NCBI GenBank assembly: GCA_050084515.1
Contig: CM114271.1
Location: forward strand, 4,092,001 to 4,156,000
Direction of reading: 5' to 3'
Length of the DNA: 64,000 nucleotides
From: Blasia pusilla
Lineage: Eukaryota
Shown here piece by piece: positions 36,848 through 49,100 of this stretch (positions within the stretch are counted from its first letter, which is position 1; every line of letters begins with the position of its first letter). The position numbers and the translations under genes are program-made. Under the pieces are notes generated by a model. It did not search any database. It was not told the origin of the DNA and saw only the letters and a list, made by a program, of their open reading frames with translations.

Positions 36848-39169
36848 AATAAATTATTGATTTTGTCTTTTTGATTTGCGAACACCTCTTTATTTGACAT
36901 GTACCAACAAGAAAATGTTTCACATATTGTGGATAGCAAACAAATTTTGTGTACCTCATAACCAAGCCTTCTCAAACACTTTTTTATCTCCCGTGCATCG
37001 CACGAGCATCTTACTAGTATTCATTATAGAAAGTAAAAGCACAAGTATTTGTCCAAAGAAGAGCAGGCATTGTGTACAAGTAATATCTAAACGGCTTCAG
37101 AGAAGCTAGAGAGGGTAGGGGGATTTGTTTGAGATGTTGTTTGAATGGAAAGACTAAAATAAAGTGGCTTGAATAACATGAGAAATAGAGCCAGTGTTAC
37201 TTTTCTTAAGAAATTAGTAATTACATGTATGTATGAACTGATTGGAAGGTTTTATTTATATTTATATATATATATATCTACATCTTACAAATCCAAATTC
37301 ATAAGTTGTGGACATCTCCTTTGAGAGTGAGCATAATCTGTCCATATCGAATACAAGACCAACTATTTGTCCGTGATCAAAATCAGACATTGCAAAAAAG
37401 TGAGTCAATGTAGGCTTAATCAAGAAGTCTTCACATGGCAAGGACTTTAGTGACGAGATAAAGATGAAAGCAAGGCAAAATTTTTGCCACTTTTCAATTT
37501 ATTTGTAGATTATTCACAACTACTTAACATTAAAGGTGAGTATCCAACAACCTAGTCAATAGAGGTCAAGAATGATTCATACACTCATATCTACGAAACA
37601 TAAGGAACTAAGATAAGAGAAGAAGAAAAGGGTGTCCTAAGGAAATCTCATTGCATTATGAGTTATGCCATTACTCCATCATCCAATCTTATCTCAATGT
37701 AAGGTCACTTTGCTATTTGTAATAACAAGAGAGGCGTGGTCACTAGATATCCAACCTCAAAAACTCTCTTAGCAAGTAGTATCCAAGTACATTTGAAGTG
37801 AGGAGTCAAAGAAGTATGGTCTTGTTGTCTTTTGTGAATCTCAATTCCCCCACTTAAAAATTAGTGCTTCACACTAAGCGTTCACATGGCTATGTATTCC
37901 ATACTCTATCACTTTTGAAATTATGAAAAGAGGAAATTTTGGGAACTTCTTTTAGCAAAGCTTTGGATTGCAGGCAATATTCACATCTAGGGTTGAATTG
38001 AGAAAGCATATGAGATAGATTTTTGTAAAAGGAAGACTAGAAAAGCGGTTTGTAGAGAGATTGTATACATGATGGACGAGAAATCATACATAATACACGG
38101 TGCATACATGAGATTCAAGAGCTCGCGGAATTTTGTGGATGAGTATTTGGGAATTGGATGTTTCTGCTCGATACTAGACGTCTACAATTCCCATCTACCA
38201 ATTAGACATGCAACTATGTTTCATTCTTCGCTTGATGTGCTTACAAGAAATCAACTTTTGACCAAACAATAGATTGAGATCCTTTACTTGATCACAAATT
38301 TTCACTTCAAAATTACTTCTTACATGCTAATGGCACAAGATGAAGCACAACTTGTCATCTTAAGTCTCCTTCATAAATTGCTAACATCAATGAGAAAAAT
38401 AAATAAATTTGTGGTGGGCTTGTAGATAGCATGAAGGAACACAATAGGACAAAGGTACGCTCAAGCAAGATGGAATGAATAAATGAAAAAATCAAAATAT
38501 GGGCAAAGCTTCCAACAAGACCATCGTAACTACACAAAGCTTGACTACATAATCAAGGTGGCTCAAATAAGGTCAAGGAGGGAAAAAAATAACAAATGTG
38601 TGAAGTGGGATGGAAAAGAAATTAATCCATGGACTAGGGAATCTTTGATGTGAGAATTCGTTTTTTTGTGTTTTTTAGAGGAAGAGACGGTATAGACTCG
38701 CAAGGTTTCCATCATACATAGGAATTCATGAACACGGTAGTAGTACCAAGGAATGATAGCACGAACAAGCAAAGAAATCATATTGGAAAATCAAGGAGAG
38801 ATATGAGATGTGGAGGATAGATACCCTACAAATATGGCTTAATAACTTCTCAATAATTTTCTTTTTTATTATGAAGGGAGGATAGTTTGCTTCATTTGCA
38901 TAAGCCTCTTTGTTTGAAAAATGACATTAAAGTACCAAGAAAATATTTTCACAATGCATGATTTGTTGTTTTTTGGGATATGTAAATATTAGCCAAATGC
39001 AGTCTTCACATAAATAATATGAGACTTCACACTTCCTCTTCAAACGCTATTGTACAACCCATGCTTTCCACAAGACCAAGGATATGCTACCCAAAAATAA
39101 ATAAGTAAATAAAGGTTCCTTGCACAACACTGATAATTAGAAAGCTCAAAGAAAATTTATGATTTCCCA

Positions 39170-39781
39170 TCTATACTACACATCCATCATGAGGTGCTTA
39201 TATGAGACGTTGACACTTGCAAATTTTCACCAGCAAAAGCTTGCCATATGTCCTCACTTATAATTCTTAGGGTCATTTGGAGATTGATTAAATTACTAGA
39301 ATGTGTTATGGCAATGATGGGTAATTTAGATCACCCATCATTTCTAATGTGTGCACGAGGCACCTACTAAACTTTACCATAAAATTAGACAAAATTCCTA
39401 GGGAGAAGAGTTATCGTAAACTAAAACTATGTTTCCTTTCTAGATAAATCTAGATTAATATTGGAGAGTGCCCTTTCATTTTGCAACCTCCTCTCTTGTT
39501 GATACTTGGCACTTTTAGATAACTCGTCTTTTAAACCAATAAGATAATTCAAAATTGATTTAAAATGATCTTTGAGAATTTCAAGAATTAAATAGGGGAA
39601 ATCATATATTAATTGGAGGATGCGAATTTTTTAGTTTCTCCTCCCTTTGACACATGACATTAGATTTTTGTCAAAAATAATTTTCATCACCTTCAGTGGG
39701 GAAGCTCATATAAAAAGAAATTGGTAAGGTAAGTGAATACTTAAATATATAGGGATGCATGCATCGCACGGTCCTTACTGG
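39170..39781 (+). mobile_element. Non-autonomous Helitron
   Basis: 5' A|TCTATACTA. 3' CATGCATCGCACGG...TTACTGG, a decayed hairpin followed by CTRR. Confidence 0.6.
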
Positions 39782-40559
39782 CATTATGTAATTTAAATTT
39801 TTGCATCACACAAACTTAGGTTAGTATTTATTATGACCCTTACAAGTTCATTCTTTCAAAAAAGTCATTTTTCTCACATGTTTGGTCATTCCTTCCTTCC
39901 CACTCTCATGAAGATGCATGGGTGGGGGTGGACGGGCGAGGCGGTGAGGCTTGTGGGACAAGGTGGGAGAGAGAGGACGAATCATGTTATATACCCAAAC
40001 GAAGAGCTCGACTTCTTCTTTGTTTTGATCCCTACCATAGGTCATATTAATGTTGTGAAGAATTTTTTTAAATATTTTTTTTATCGATCCCTGCTCTTGT
40101 AAGGGTTTCCCATGTAGGCACTAGGGTTTCACCTATAATGTAGCAAACGGTCCCTAGATAACTTCCTTTCTTAAATCCTTCCCTTCCCACTACATTCATC
40201 TTCATATGGCATCCTTATTTCTCGCTTATGTTTGACTCTTGGTTGTCTCCAGCACTTCATCCTTAGGTAGATCCTTTTTCCATCCCATTTTTATATGTAT
40301 TTACCTCTTCTCTTCCCACATCCTTAGTGTTACCTTGAAGCCACTAATTATGTTTGGGGAGGGGTTTTGGGACTAGAAGTCCTAGATAATGAAGGTAGAT
40401 GAAAGTTTATTCTAGGGGGAGCATTATCGTGGACGGGAAGAGAGTCATTTACAATGATTGCTAGTTCGAATGGGGGGAGTTTATGGGGTTTTGGAGGGGT
40501 TTGCCGCTCGAGATTGATGGAGGGGGTGATGTTATCCTATTGGTCAATTGTATCCATGC

Positions 40560-43500
40560 CTTGACCCACTTCAACCCGTTGTGTGGGGACTTGCAAGTCC
40601 TCTAGTTGGGATACAAAATGCCCTTATTCTCCCAAATTTTTATCTTGTTCAAGAATTAAAAACCACTTAGCGGCAAAAGATCATGACTTTGATAGATTTG
40701 AATGGGTGGTTCATCCAATTGACCATGGATGCTCTATGGTGCTTCCCACATAATCATCCCCTCTTGAGGCATGGAAATGGTTGAGGACCCACCTTGGCAA
40801 CATCATAGGTCTCTTTGAGACCCATTTCCCGTGCTTGAGGTTGTTTCATAGGATCACCCATGCTATTTGGGATGACCTCCATCATGCTTTCCTCCTCCTC
40901 ATATCTAGGATCGCACTTGAACCTATGGACAGACTCTCTTGGTATCTACTACTTTTCCTTCCATGATGGTGGCTACACTATACACAAGGAGGGAAGGCCA
41001 GCCATACAGAGGTTGGGGCCCGGCTGAGGCATTTTCGAGGAGGTGATTGGCAATCTTTGTAGAGTGAGTTTGTGGCATATGCCAGAGGTAGCACTTAATA
41101 TGGTTTCTCACTGGATGATCTTATAGCAGCCAAGTTGCCACGATGTTGGACACTTGGATGGGCCTATGAATACTCATGAGTTGCTTGTGCCCTTTGCATG
41201 ATGGGCATGGCACCTCCATCAAATTTTACCATCGATGTCCTCCGGAGGCTATATCCTTGACCAAAGGTTGACATTCCAGCTTTTGCACGTGACTTCCATC
41301 CCAACACAGATGTATGCCTTGACGTGTCCCTCTTCGCACGGGCACTCGGACATTATCCTAGGATTGTGGCAAGAGGCTATGGTTGTTAGGTATGATGTAC
41401 AAACACCTTCATGATTTCTTTCCTTCCAAGGACTTTGCTAGTGGATTTTTCGAGTTGCTTCAGGGTGTCTCTCATGTAGCTCAAGGAGGAGTGCCAACTG
41501 CAATGACCCAATATTGGGGGCACGGCGACTTTGGGCATTGTCAAAGGAGGATGGAGGTATTCGTCTAATTGCCATAGGTGAGGTACTCTTGTGGTTGGTG
41601 AGTCGCTTTCCAATCACACTTGAATCCACATCAGCTTGGAGTTGCCATGTCGGCCAAATGTGAGACAATAGCCTTAGGTTTGAGGGCTTGTCTTGATGTA
41701 CATCCTCAGTAGGTGGTTCTCCTAGTGGACTTGGAGAATGCCTTCAACTCAATGTCATGGGCAACTATCTTCACAGAGTTGAGGCACACAGGCTTTCTAC
41801 GGGGCCCCTCCGACCCTCTATTTCCATCATGCTCAGTTTGAGAAGGAGATTAAAATTTTGATCATGGGACTCTTTGGAGTGACCCTTTGGGTGATGCATT
41901 GTTTTCTTTGGCTCATTATCGAGCGGTTATTTCTAAGGTGGAGGCTTTTCTTGGGTGCATTTTTCCCTCGTTGGTAGATGGTACTCATATTGTGGTCCCT
42001 AGACATCTAATCGTCCTTGCATTTCAACATTTTTCTGCACAATTGGCATGGGTCAGCCTCCAGGGTGGAGAATTGCAAGGCTTGGTCTCCATCAGGCCTA
42101 CTTGATGATCTTCATTTACCTGACAGATACATGACACCTGTCAAAGGGCTTCACGTCCTGGGCGTTCCACTCGGGAGCCAAGCCTTTATTCCGAATTTTG
42201 TGTTGGTGTCTCTTACCAAGGATATGCTTCACGTCAATGATCTCATGAAGATTGGTGACTCTCAAGTTGCCTATAATATTCTTTTTTTTCTTGTTGACCT
42301 AGTTATCTCACTAGAACTATTTGGATGTATAGTCACCTTTCTACCCTCTATAGATCCTTCAATAGGAAATTCCTACAAGTGTTTTGGGATGTTAACCAAA
42401 TCATGCGTGCTTTCAATCACCTACTAAAGAGTTACAAGAAGAACTTAACATGGTCAATTTAACCACTCTTCTAAGTTTTTTTATTATAATAAAGAGGATT
42501 TTGTTTTATGATTTAACCACTTTTCTTCGAAAGCCATACGAAAATGACTTTTCAAAGCGACCCAAGAAGTGTAGACACAATGGTGTGTCCTTGAATCTTT
42601 GCTCAATAACCCATACCTCCATATGCATTCTACAACTAATTTATGTTGTCAAGCGGAGCGCTTTTGAGTTTAATTCTTTAAACATGTTAATCACCTTCAC
42701 GGATCGTGCTGCATATCCAAGTTTCCACTACAAGCAAGAGATTTTTGCATTTGGCCTTTCATGAAAAAAATATTGGCTTTTCCGATCCAACCATTTTTTG
42801 TGGGGGCTATTAATAAAGGTATTTTGCGTTGATGCAACTAGAGAGGTGATCAAGTTTGGTTTCCCAAAAGAGGACCATGGTGCAAAATTTCCACAACAAG
42901 GTAAAGGCACACTATTCTATGCAGATGAACTTTAGTCTCCAACATTTATCCTAAACCTTAAATCCTATCCTAAAACCTAAATGCACCCTAGGACCCAACT
43001 CCTTTAAGTGCCCCATGCCCGTGTGGGGCGGGGGGGGGGGGGCTAGCTCGTAGACATGCCTCTTGGCAGATTTTTTTTGGTGGAGTAGGTCTTCTCTCGA
43101 TGGAAGTAGTGGCACCCTCGGGTTTTGGGGGAGTTGGGGCATAACAAAAACCCTTCTTTGCTTAAGATTTATGGTTAGAGATAAACCACTTCTTTTACAG
43201 TAAGTGTCCCAAGTTGAGGATAGCATGTTCCCACTACAATCTTCCCTTAGAGCATATATAGATTCCTTTTTAGGCGAGGCTAGAGCCATTCTCCCTACTT
43301 TCTCCTCCCTAGTTACCTCTGGTTAGTTTAGGCTCTAATCTTCTTTGATGGAAGTCCACTTTGAGGCATTTTTTAGAGTCACTATGTCAAAAGGGGATAT
43401 TCCTATGGAGGTCGGGACATGTATTTGCTCTTGCTTTGGAAAGGGTGTAGGCTCATCTCCTCATCCCAACTTTCCATATCGTACTACTTATCCACTCCAA

Positions 43501-44110
43501 ACTGATGCGGTTCTGATTGGGCCTCCCCTTACCATTGGTGGTTGGTTGGACACACTATGAGTGTCGCCGGAATCTGGATCCATTTGGTGTGCATTTAGTA
43601 CATTGTACAATTGGGGGTGAGAGGATTTCCATTCACGATGCTGCGCCGAATATCATGTTCAGTATTGCTTGTGAGAGTGGCTTCCACGTGTAGAGAAAGA
43701 GGCACTACTCCTTGTAGGATTCCCTTATCCGTACTGATCTTTATATGACATGATAGGCTGAGGTGGTGATGGAGGACGTTGTAATGACGGATCCCACGTG
43801 GGAGGTCGTGCGAGCCCAAGTGGTAGCACAAAGGAGATTGCTATAAGGAGCGGTGGCGGCTCCGTGAAGAGGACTCATCTCTATAATCGACTTCGCGATA
43901 GACATCGATTCGTCCCCTTAGCCATAGAGATGTATTGGGCTGTGGGGGAGAGATTTGACTCATCTACGGATTACACCCATCATTTTCAATTGAAAAATGA
44001 ATTGTCATTAGCTATTGCAATTCTTCATTGTGGGCAACGGGTTTCCATAGCCTTGTAACGTGCCCGAGCCAATGGACCTTTCCCATGGGCTGGAGATGTG
44101 GGAGATAACA
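40560..44110 (+). mobile_element. Decayed CRE-like non-LTR retrotransposon (RT, CCHC, restriction-like endonuclease), interrupted at about 42390-43330
   Basis: RT motifs LSKEDGGIRLIAIGE, LVDLENAFN, DPLGDALF...FPSLVDGTHI and LHVLGVPLG. C-terminal (Y)ECRRNLDPFGVHLVHC..GGER..IHD (zinc knuckle plus RHD-like), RTDL...DVVMTDPT, RFVPLAIE and QRVSIAL. Confidence 0.8.
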
Positions 44111-44157
44111 ACACTAGAAGCCAACTTAATAGTAATCATGTCTCTCTAGATTTGTGT

Positions 44158-44266
44158 TATTAATGAGTTTAACCAATCATAAAATGCTTATTTTCTTTTT
44201 CCTTAGATGTTATTTTCCGTTACTTATGAATTTAACCAATAGTAAAATGCCTATTTTCTTTTTCCA
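44158..44266. repeat. About 63-bp imperfect tandem duplication
   Basis: ATGARTTTAACCAAT..TAAAATGCYTATTTTCTTTTTCC x2. Confidence 0.85.
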
Positions 44267-44558
44267 GGGCAATCATGGCCTTCAAACACTCTTTCAATTC
44301 CGTTTTTATATTCCAGATGAATCGATCTTCCATTACCGCTATTTATTGAAGCGGTTAGTTGATTGAACTTGATTCTCACTTAATATTTGAGTGGATTAAG
44401 ATTACGCTGCGTTAATTAATTACTGAACCTCCGTCAATCTCGGACGGAGATTCCTACAGCCTTCTGTCGTCTCACAGCGAACACGCCTCCCAGCAAACGG
44501 AAACGCATCTCACTCCAACACCAACAGTAGCGGAAGGAACTCTTCTCTCACTCCGTGC

Positions 44559-44588
44559 GTCAGTCAGTCAGTCAGTCAGTCAGTCAGT
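44559..44588. repeat. (GTCA)7 microsatellite
   Basis: Read directly from the sequence. Confidence 0.95.
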
Positions 44589-46193
44589 GTCCATGCCGCA
44601 GCCACGTCATCTTCCGTCAACCGAAGCGTCCGTCGTAAACGTAGACCTCCGGGACCCGGGTTTCATACTGTGACTGGTCCTCTTCGCTCTTCCGGGAGTC
44701 GTAAAGTGCATTAGGGTAGTAGTAGTAGTAGTAGATGCTGGAGCGATGGTCGCTGATGCGGTATCGAGTTTTCCGAAATGGGAGAGCGGTTGTTGTTGTT
44801 GTCTGTATCTAGGGACTTGTAGTAGCCCGCAAGTCGGAGCGTCGGGAATGAGGATGCTGGTCTTCCTCGGGTTTCGGTGCGCCGTTTGCTTTCGACCTTT
44901 ACGCGCCTGCGCACGGGGAGAAGCGCAGGGTTTTGGCGCGCAAGCTCTCCCTCTATTCGTTCCGGAATCCGGATCGCGGCTCACCATAGCGTGAGAATGC
45001 AGAGCAGTTATTGCTCCGCTTCCGGATCCGGTTAGTTTTGCACATGCGAGTGATATGCCTGGTTCGATTCTGGAGAGTTGAGGCCCATTTTATCTGGCTG
45101 TAGCCTTGTAAGATGTAAGTCACCTCGATGTTGGCGATGGTTGGTCGGATCGAGCTTTTCGAAATCTCGGACCGGCGCTCCTAGGTCTCCTTTCAGACTG
45201 CGATTGTTGCGGTGGATCAAGGTATTTGAGAGCGGCGCTCTCGGCTATTCCTGGAACTCGACTGTTTCTTCTTTGGCTTTCTCGGCATCTGTCCGTAGAT
45301 AGATACGCTCCGTAGATACGCTCCGTAGAGAATACTGAATCTTTCACCAGGTCTCTCAAGTTAGGTATGTTGTGGTAGATCTGGCATAATCAGGCCTCTC
45401 ACACTGGGGCTCTACGCTTTACCCTACTCTCTCGACTCTCAGGGCCTATCTTGAACAATTAGTTGCAATACCATCTCTGCAGACACTATTGAATACTGTG
45501 ACTCTTTGCTTAAACAAATAGCTAGGCCAAACAACGTCAACGTTTAAAGCAATTCACTGGACGCTTCATCCTGGTCAGACTCTTGTTTACACGTACATTC
45601 CTCTTGAACCACGATAATGGGATCGGCAAGAACTAAAACCTAAATCATTAATGGTAGAGAATAAATGCACTGTTTCATCTCGGAGAACATTACACTGCGG
45701 ACAGATTCCGCTGGCGTTGAAGGTGAAAAAAGATAACGATTTACACAAACAAATGCATAGCCTCTGAACATGTGTCCGAATAACAGACAACTGCTCATCT
45801 TAACATTACATACACTGAAGTCTCTGGCAGACTTCCCATGATCACTATCACTACACTGATCCCCGGATATTCCAAGATGTTCCAGCAGTCCAGGGAAAGT
45901 CGAGCTGGAGGATGAAGATGAAACCATCAATTTTCAAAATTGGAAGTTCCTTCCTGGTACAAACCTCCTCCTGCCTGTCTATAAGTGAAGGAAATACTGA
46001 TGCTCCCTTAATACAATTGAATTAGCCCTACAAAATTGTGACACTGGGACAGCTCCGGATATAGGAATATCCAACATGACATTCATTGCTCATAGTCTCT
46101 CGTGAGATGGTCCTAGGTTGATGTGACTGCTTGGTGTCGCAAGGCATTTTGGGGTGCTTGCAAGCAGAGATTTCACCAATCATGCATCGCGCT

Positions 46194-49100
46194 CTAGTAA
46201 GTGCGAGATGGATCAAATCTCCGAATACCCTCCCGCTTGTAGTAGGGTGTATTCCCAATAGTTTTACTAACGTATTCTGTGTAAGGCCGTGGTGGGGGTG
46301 TGCGACTGAACCCCCGGGTCGGGGGTGGTGTTATGTCACCAGAACTACTGTACAGGGGACCATCAGATGTAGAATCAGGTCCTTGCAATATGGGCTCTGG
46401 GACAGGGCGTGGTAGATCAAGTAAACGAGCACATAGGATGAGTGGCAGGACAAGCAATGCCACTACTAGGACCACAGCAGTCAGTATGGGCTTTGCCAAC
46501 AGTGACACTGCCGTTTGATGTTCAGCACTGTAAATTACAAATCTTTCCTCCTCTTGACCTGTCCAAGTCCATGAAAGATTCAATATGTCATGTACTCTCC
46601 TGTGGCGACACATCAATTTCGCTGTCCCCATAGTTTTGATACAGATAGACATGTGAGGAAATGAAATTTCAGTGCGAGGGCTAATTCTATACTTCGACGA
46701 TAGGATTGCACTACACATCAAAACTTGGTTGACCCTACAACTATTTGATTACACAGCTCTAACACAATGCCGCGCGAATGTATAAAGTATATTCTCATGA
46801 TATGTTGCTTATAGACCATATACGCAACAAAAGGGGCAAGTTACTGGTGAATGCTTCACTGACGAAAGCCTCCATGTTGAAGCCGCCCAATGTTGAAAAA
46901 GCAACAGCAAGCAAGAGGGAAAGGGTTTTCAGAGGATGACTGCTTACCTCCTGGTTGGATGGAAAATACCAGTCTATCTGTGAAGGGTTGATCATCCGCA
47001 ATCAGCTTAACCTACAGTCAGATTTTACAAGCATAAGGCATCAGATGTTTTATTCCTTGTCAGAGAATAGTGAGATTGATGCACTGTTATAAGAAGAGAT
47101 TGTCAAAACTCTAAACTGCTACACAGTAAGCTGAAGAGATTTAAATTTCTACATCCTCATCACCTCAAAGTTTGCCCTTGAAGCTATGCCAAAGTTTACA
47201 CTGGTATCAGATATTTTCTCCACCACCATAACATCAGTTCTTCCCCAGGAAACTTTCACTTTCCCTGTCCCCAACAAGAACCTCAACATTAGTTTCAAAA
47301 CATTTGGAAAACCACTGGCATTATTTTGTCACCTAGAACCTGTTTGTAACTAGACACAAAAGCTCATTTGACCACTGGAAGAAACAGATTTTACCGGTTC
47401 ACTGTTCGCAGCAAATGGCAAAGTACTGAATGGCCAGAGAGATCTTAAATCAATCCTAGAATTTTGTCTACCTCAGTAACAAACCAATAGGCACACCCTT
47501 ATCACTGAAGACCGATTGCCATCAACTATCTATGTGACAGAATCATTGGTTGTAAAGGGGAGCATAAAAACCAGTATTGCCGACTATGGAAATCAAACTT
47601 CTGTTTGTTGTGGGCGAGAGATGAAGCTGTTCAGAAGCATTCCAGTCATCCACTATGAGTCAGATACAGAATTTACAAACTATTCAATTGCCAAAGTACC
47701 ATCCTCCCAGTCAGTCATACTCTGATTATGAAGGATGTCAACATGGATGCCTGGTAAGCAGAGCAACCAACACTAAACCGGAGTGATCTGTGCCTAATGA
47801 ACAGAAATCACTTACAAACGTAGCTTGAGTATGTCAGTAGCACACAGCAGGTATACTACAGAAGCAATGTTCCTTACCTCCTGTGGTGTGTTAACAATTT
47901 CAAACCCCCCTACTAACAATGTGTCAACACTGCCAACAACTGGTGGGTCACCAGGAACATTGGCCTTGATCGTCATTTGGACCGTGCCATTAGAAGCCCG
48001 TCCAGAGGACAACAATCTCTGATTTTCCTCAGCACGATGAACATTGTACCACAGTTGTTGTGGTGTGTAAGCAAAAAATACGCAATAGAAGCTGCTGAAA
48101 CCCGGCTCCCTCCAAGGCACCACAAGCCTGATGGAAAAAATTCACTGAGGCATCAGCTGTGTTGGTTCAAAAGATCGAGCAGTGAGAAATGAAGTGCGAT
48201 GGGCTAAAAATAGATGGCGCATTTGCACATATTGCTCGTGACACCCCACCAAGTCATTGTCTGAGACTTCTGAGCATCTCTCAATATGACTCAGTCGGAA
48301 ACCTACCCAAGGAAAGCTGGCTTCAACTGGCACTCATATGACACCTCCTGGTTCTCTCCAAGAATTCCAGCATCAAGTCCTTGACTGTCACTGCCGTAGA
48401 CAAATTATAATAACTGTCAGGCTCAAACTCACACACAAGCTACATTCTTAAAATGATTTCAATGCCCTTTCAGAGTACTTTCTAGCATCGATATTATTCT
48501 GCTGGGTCACAATTCCAATCAATGCTTCCAGCTCAGCTGGACCAACTGGTTGGGTGAAAAAATATTCTTAGCCTTCATTGAAAAGACACCTTGCTATTTG
48601 TAGTCGATGAGTAAAAAGTTCAAGACCTGAATTGAACGGGAAAGCGGTAACCCTCTTCATGAAATGGCATGTTTGTCAGCTCCCTGAAGTTCTTTGGTGT
48701 CTCGATGGTCACCGAGGCAATCTGGACCACTGTCACACTTGTATATGTTGTCAACCGTGAACCAGTGAAACTCACTGGCACCCAGAACAAAGCAAATGTG
48801 ACCCACATTAGTAGGTGTGTAAAGGACCCGCTGGTTCATCCCACTTGTGTCACCTGACAACACCAGTGCAATCAATAATGGACAGAAAGTACGATAATTT
48901 GTGGCCGGGCAATTCACTGCCTGAGATGAAACCTGACTATGTAGTCATAAAACAGGGATGATAGCCATCACATGAGGTTGCAATTGCTTACCAATAGCAG
49001 TACCCTGGCCCACAGCTTTGGCATGACCTGTGTGACGATCGATCTCAATAACCTTTGGACTATCACTTGTCCAGTGACCTCTCTCACCTTTTGGCATGCC

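Larger units (their letters stand above)
22173..37017 (+). mobile_element. Helitron (formerly autonomous, decayed) containing a nested copia element
   Basis: The 3' end has a hairpin (CGTGC-ATC-GCACG) then CTAG|T at 37014-37018. The candidate 5' end is A|TCTATACTAG at 22173; an alternative is A|TCTCTACTA at 20162. A RepHel pseudogene lies inside. The 3' end is firm and the 5' end is inferred. Confidence 0.75.

Noticed and set aside
37020-39160. AT-rich stretch, probably a decayed TE
   Set aside because: No recognisable motifs or termini, so it cannot be classified from the sequence alone.
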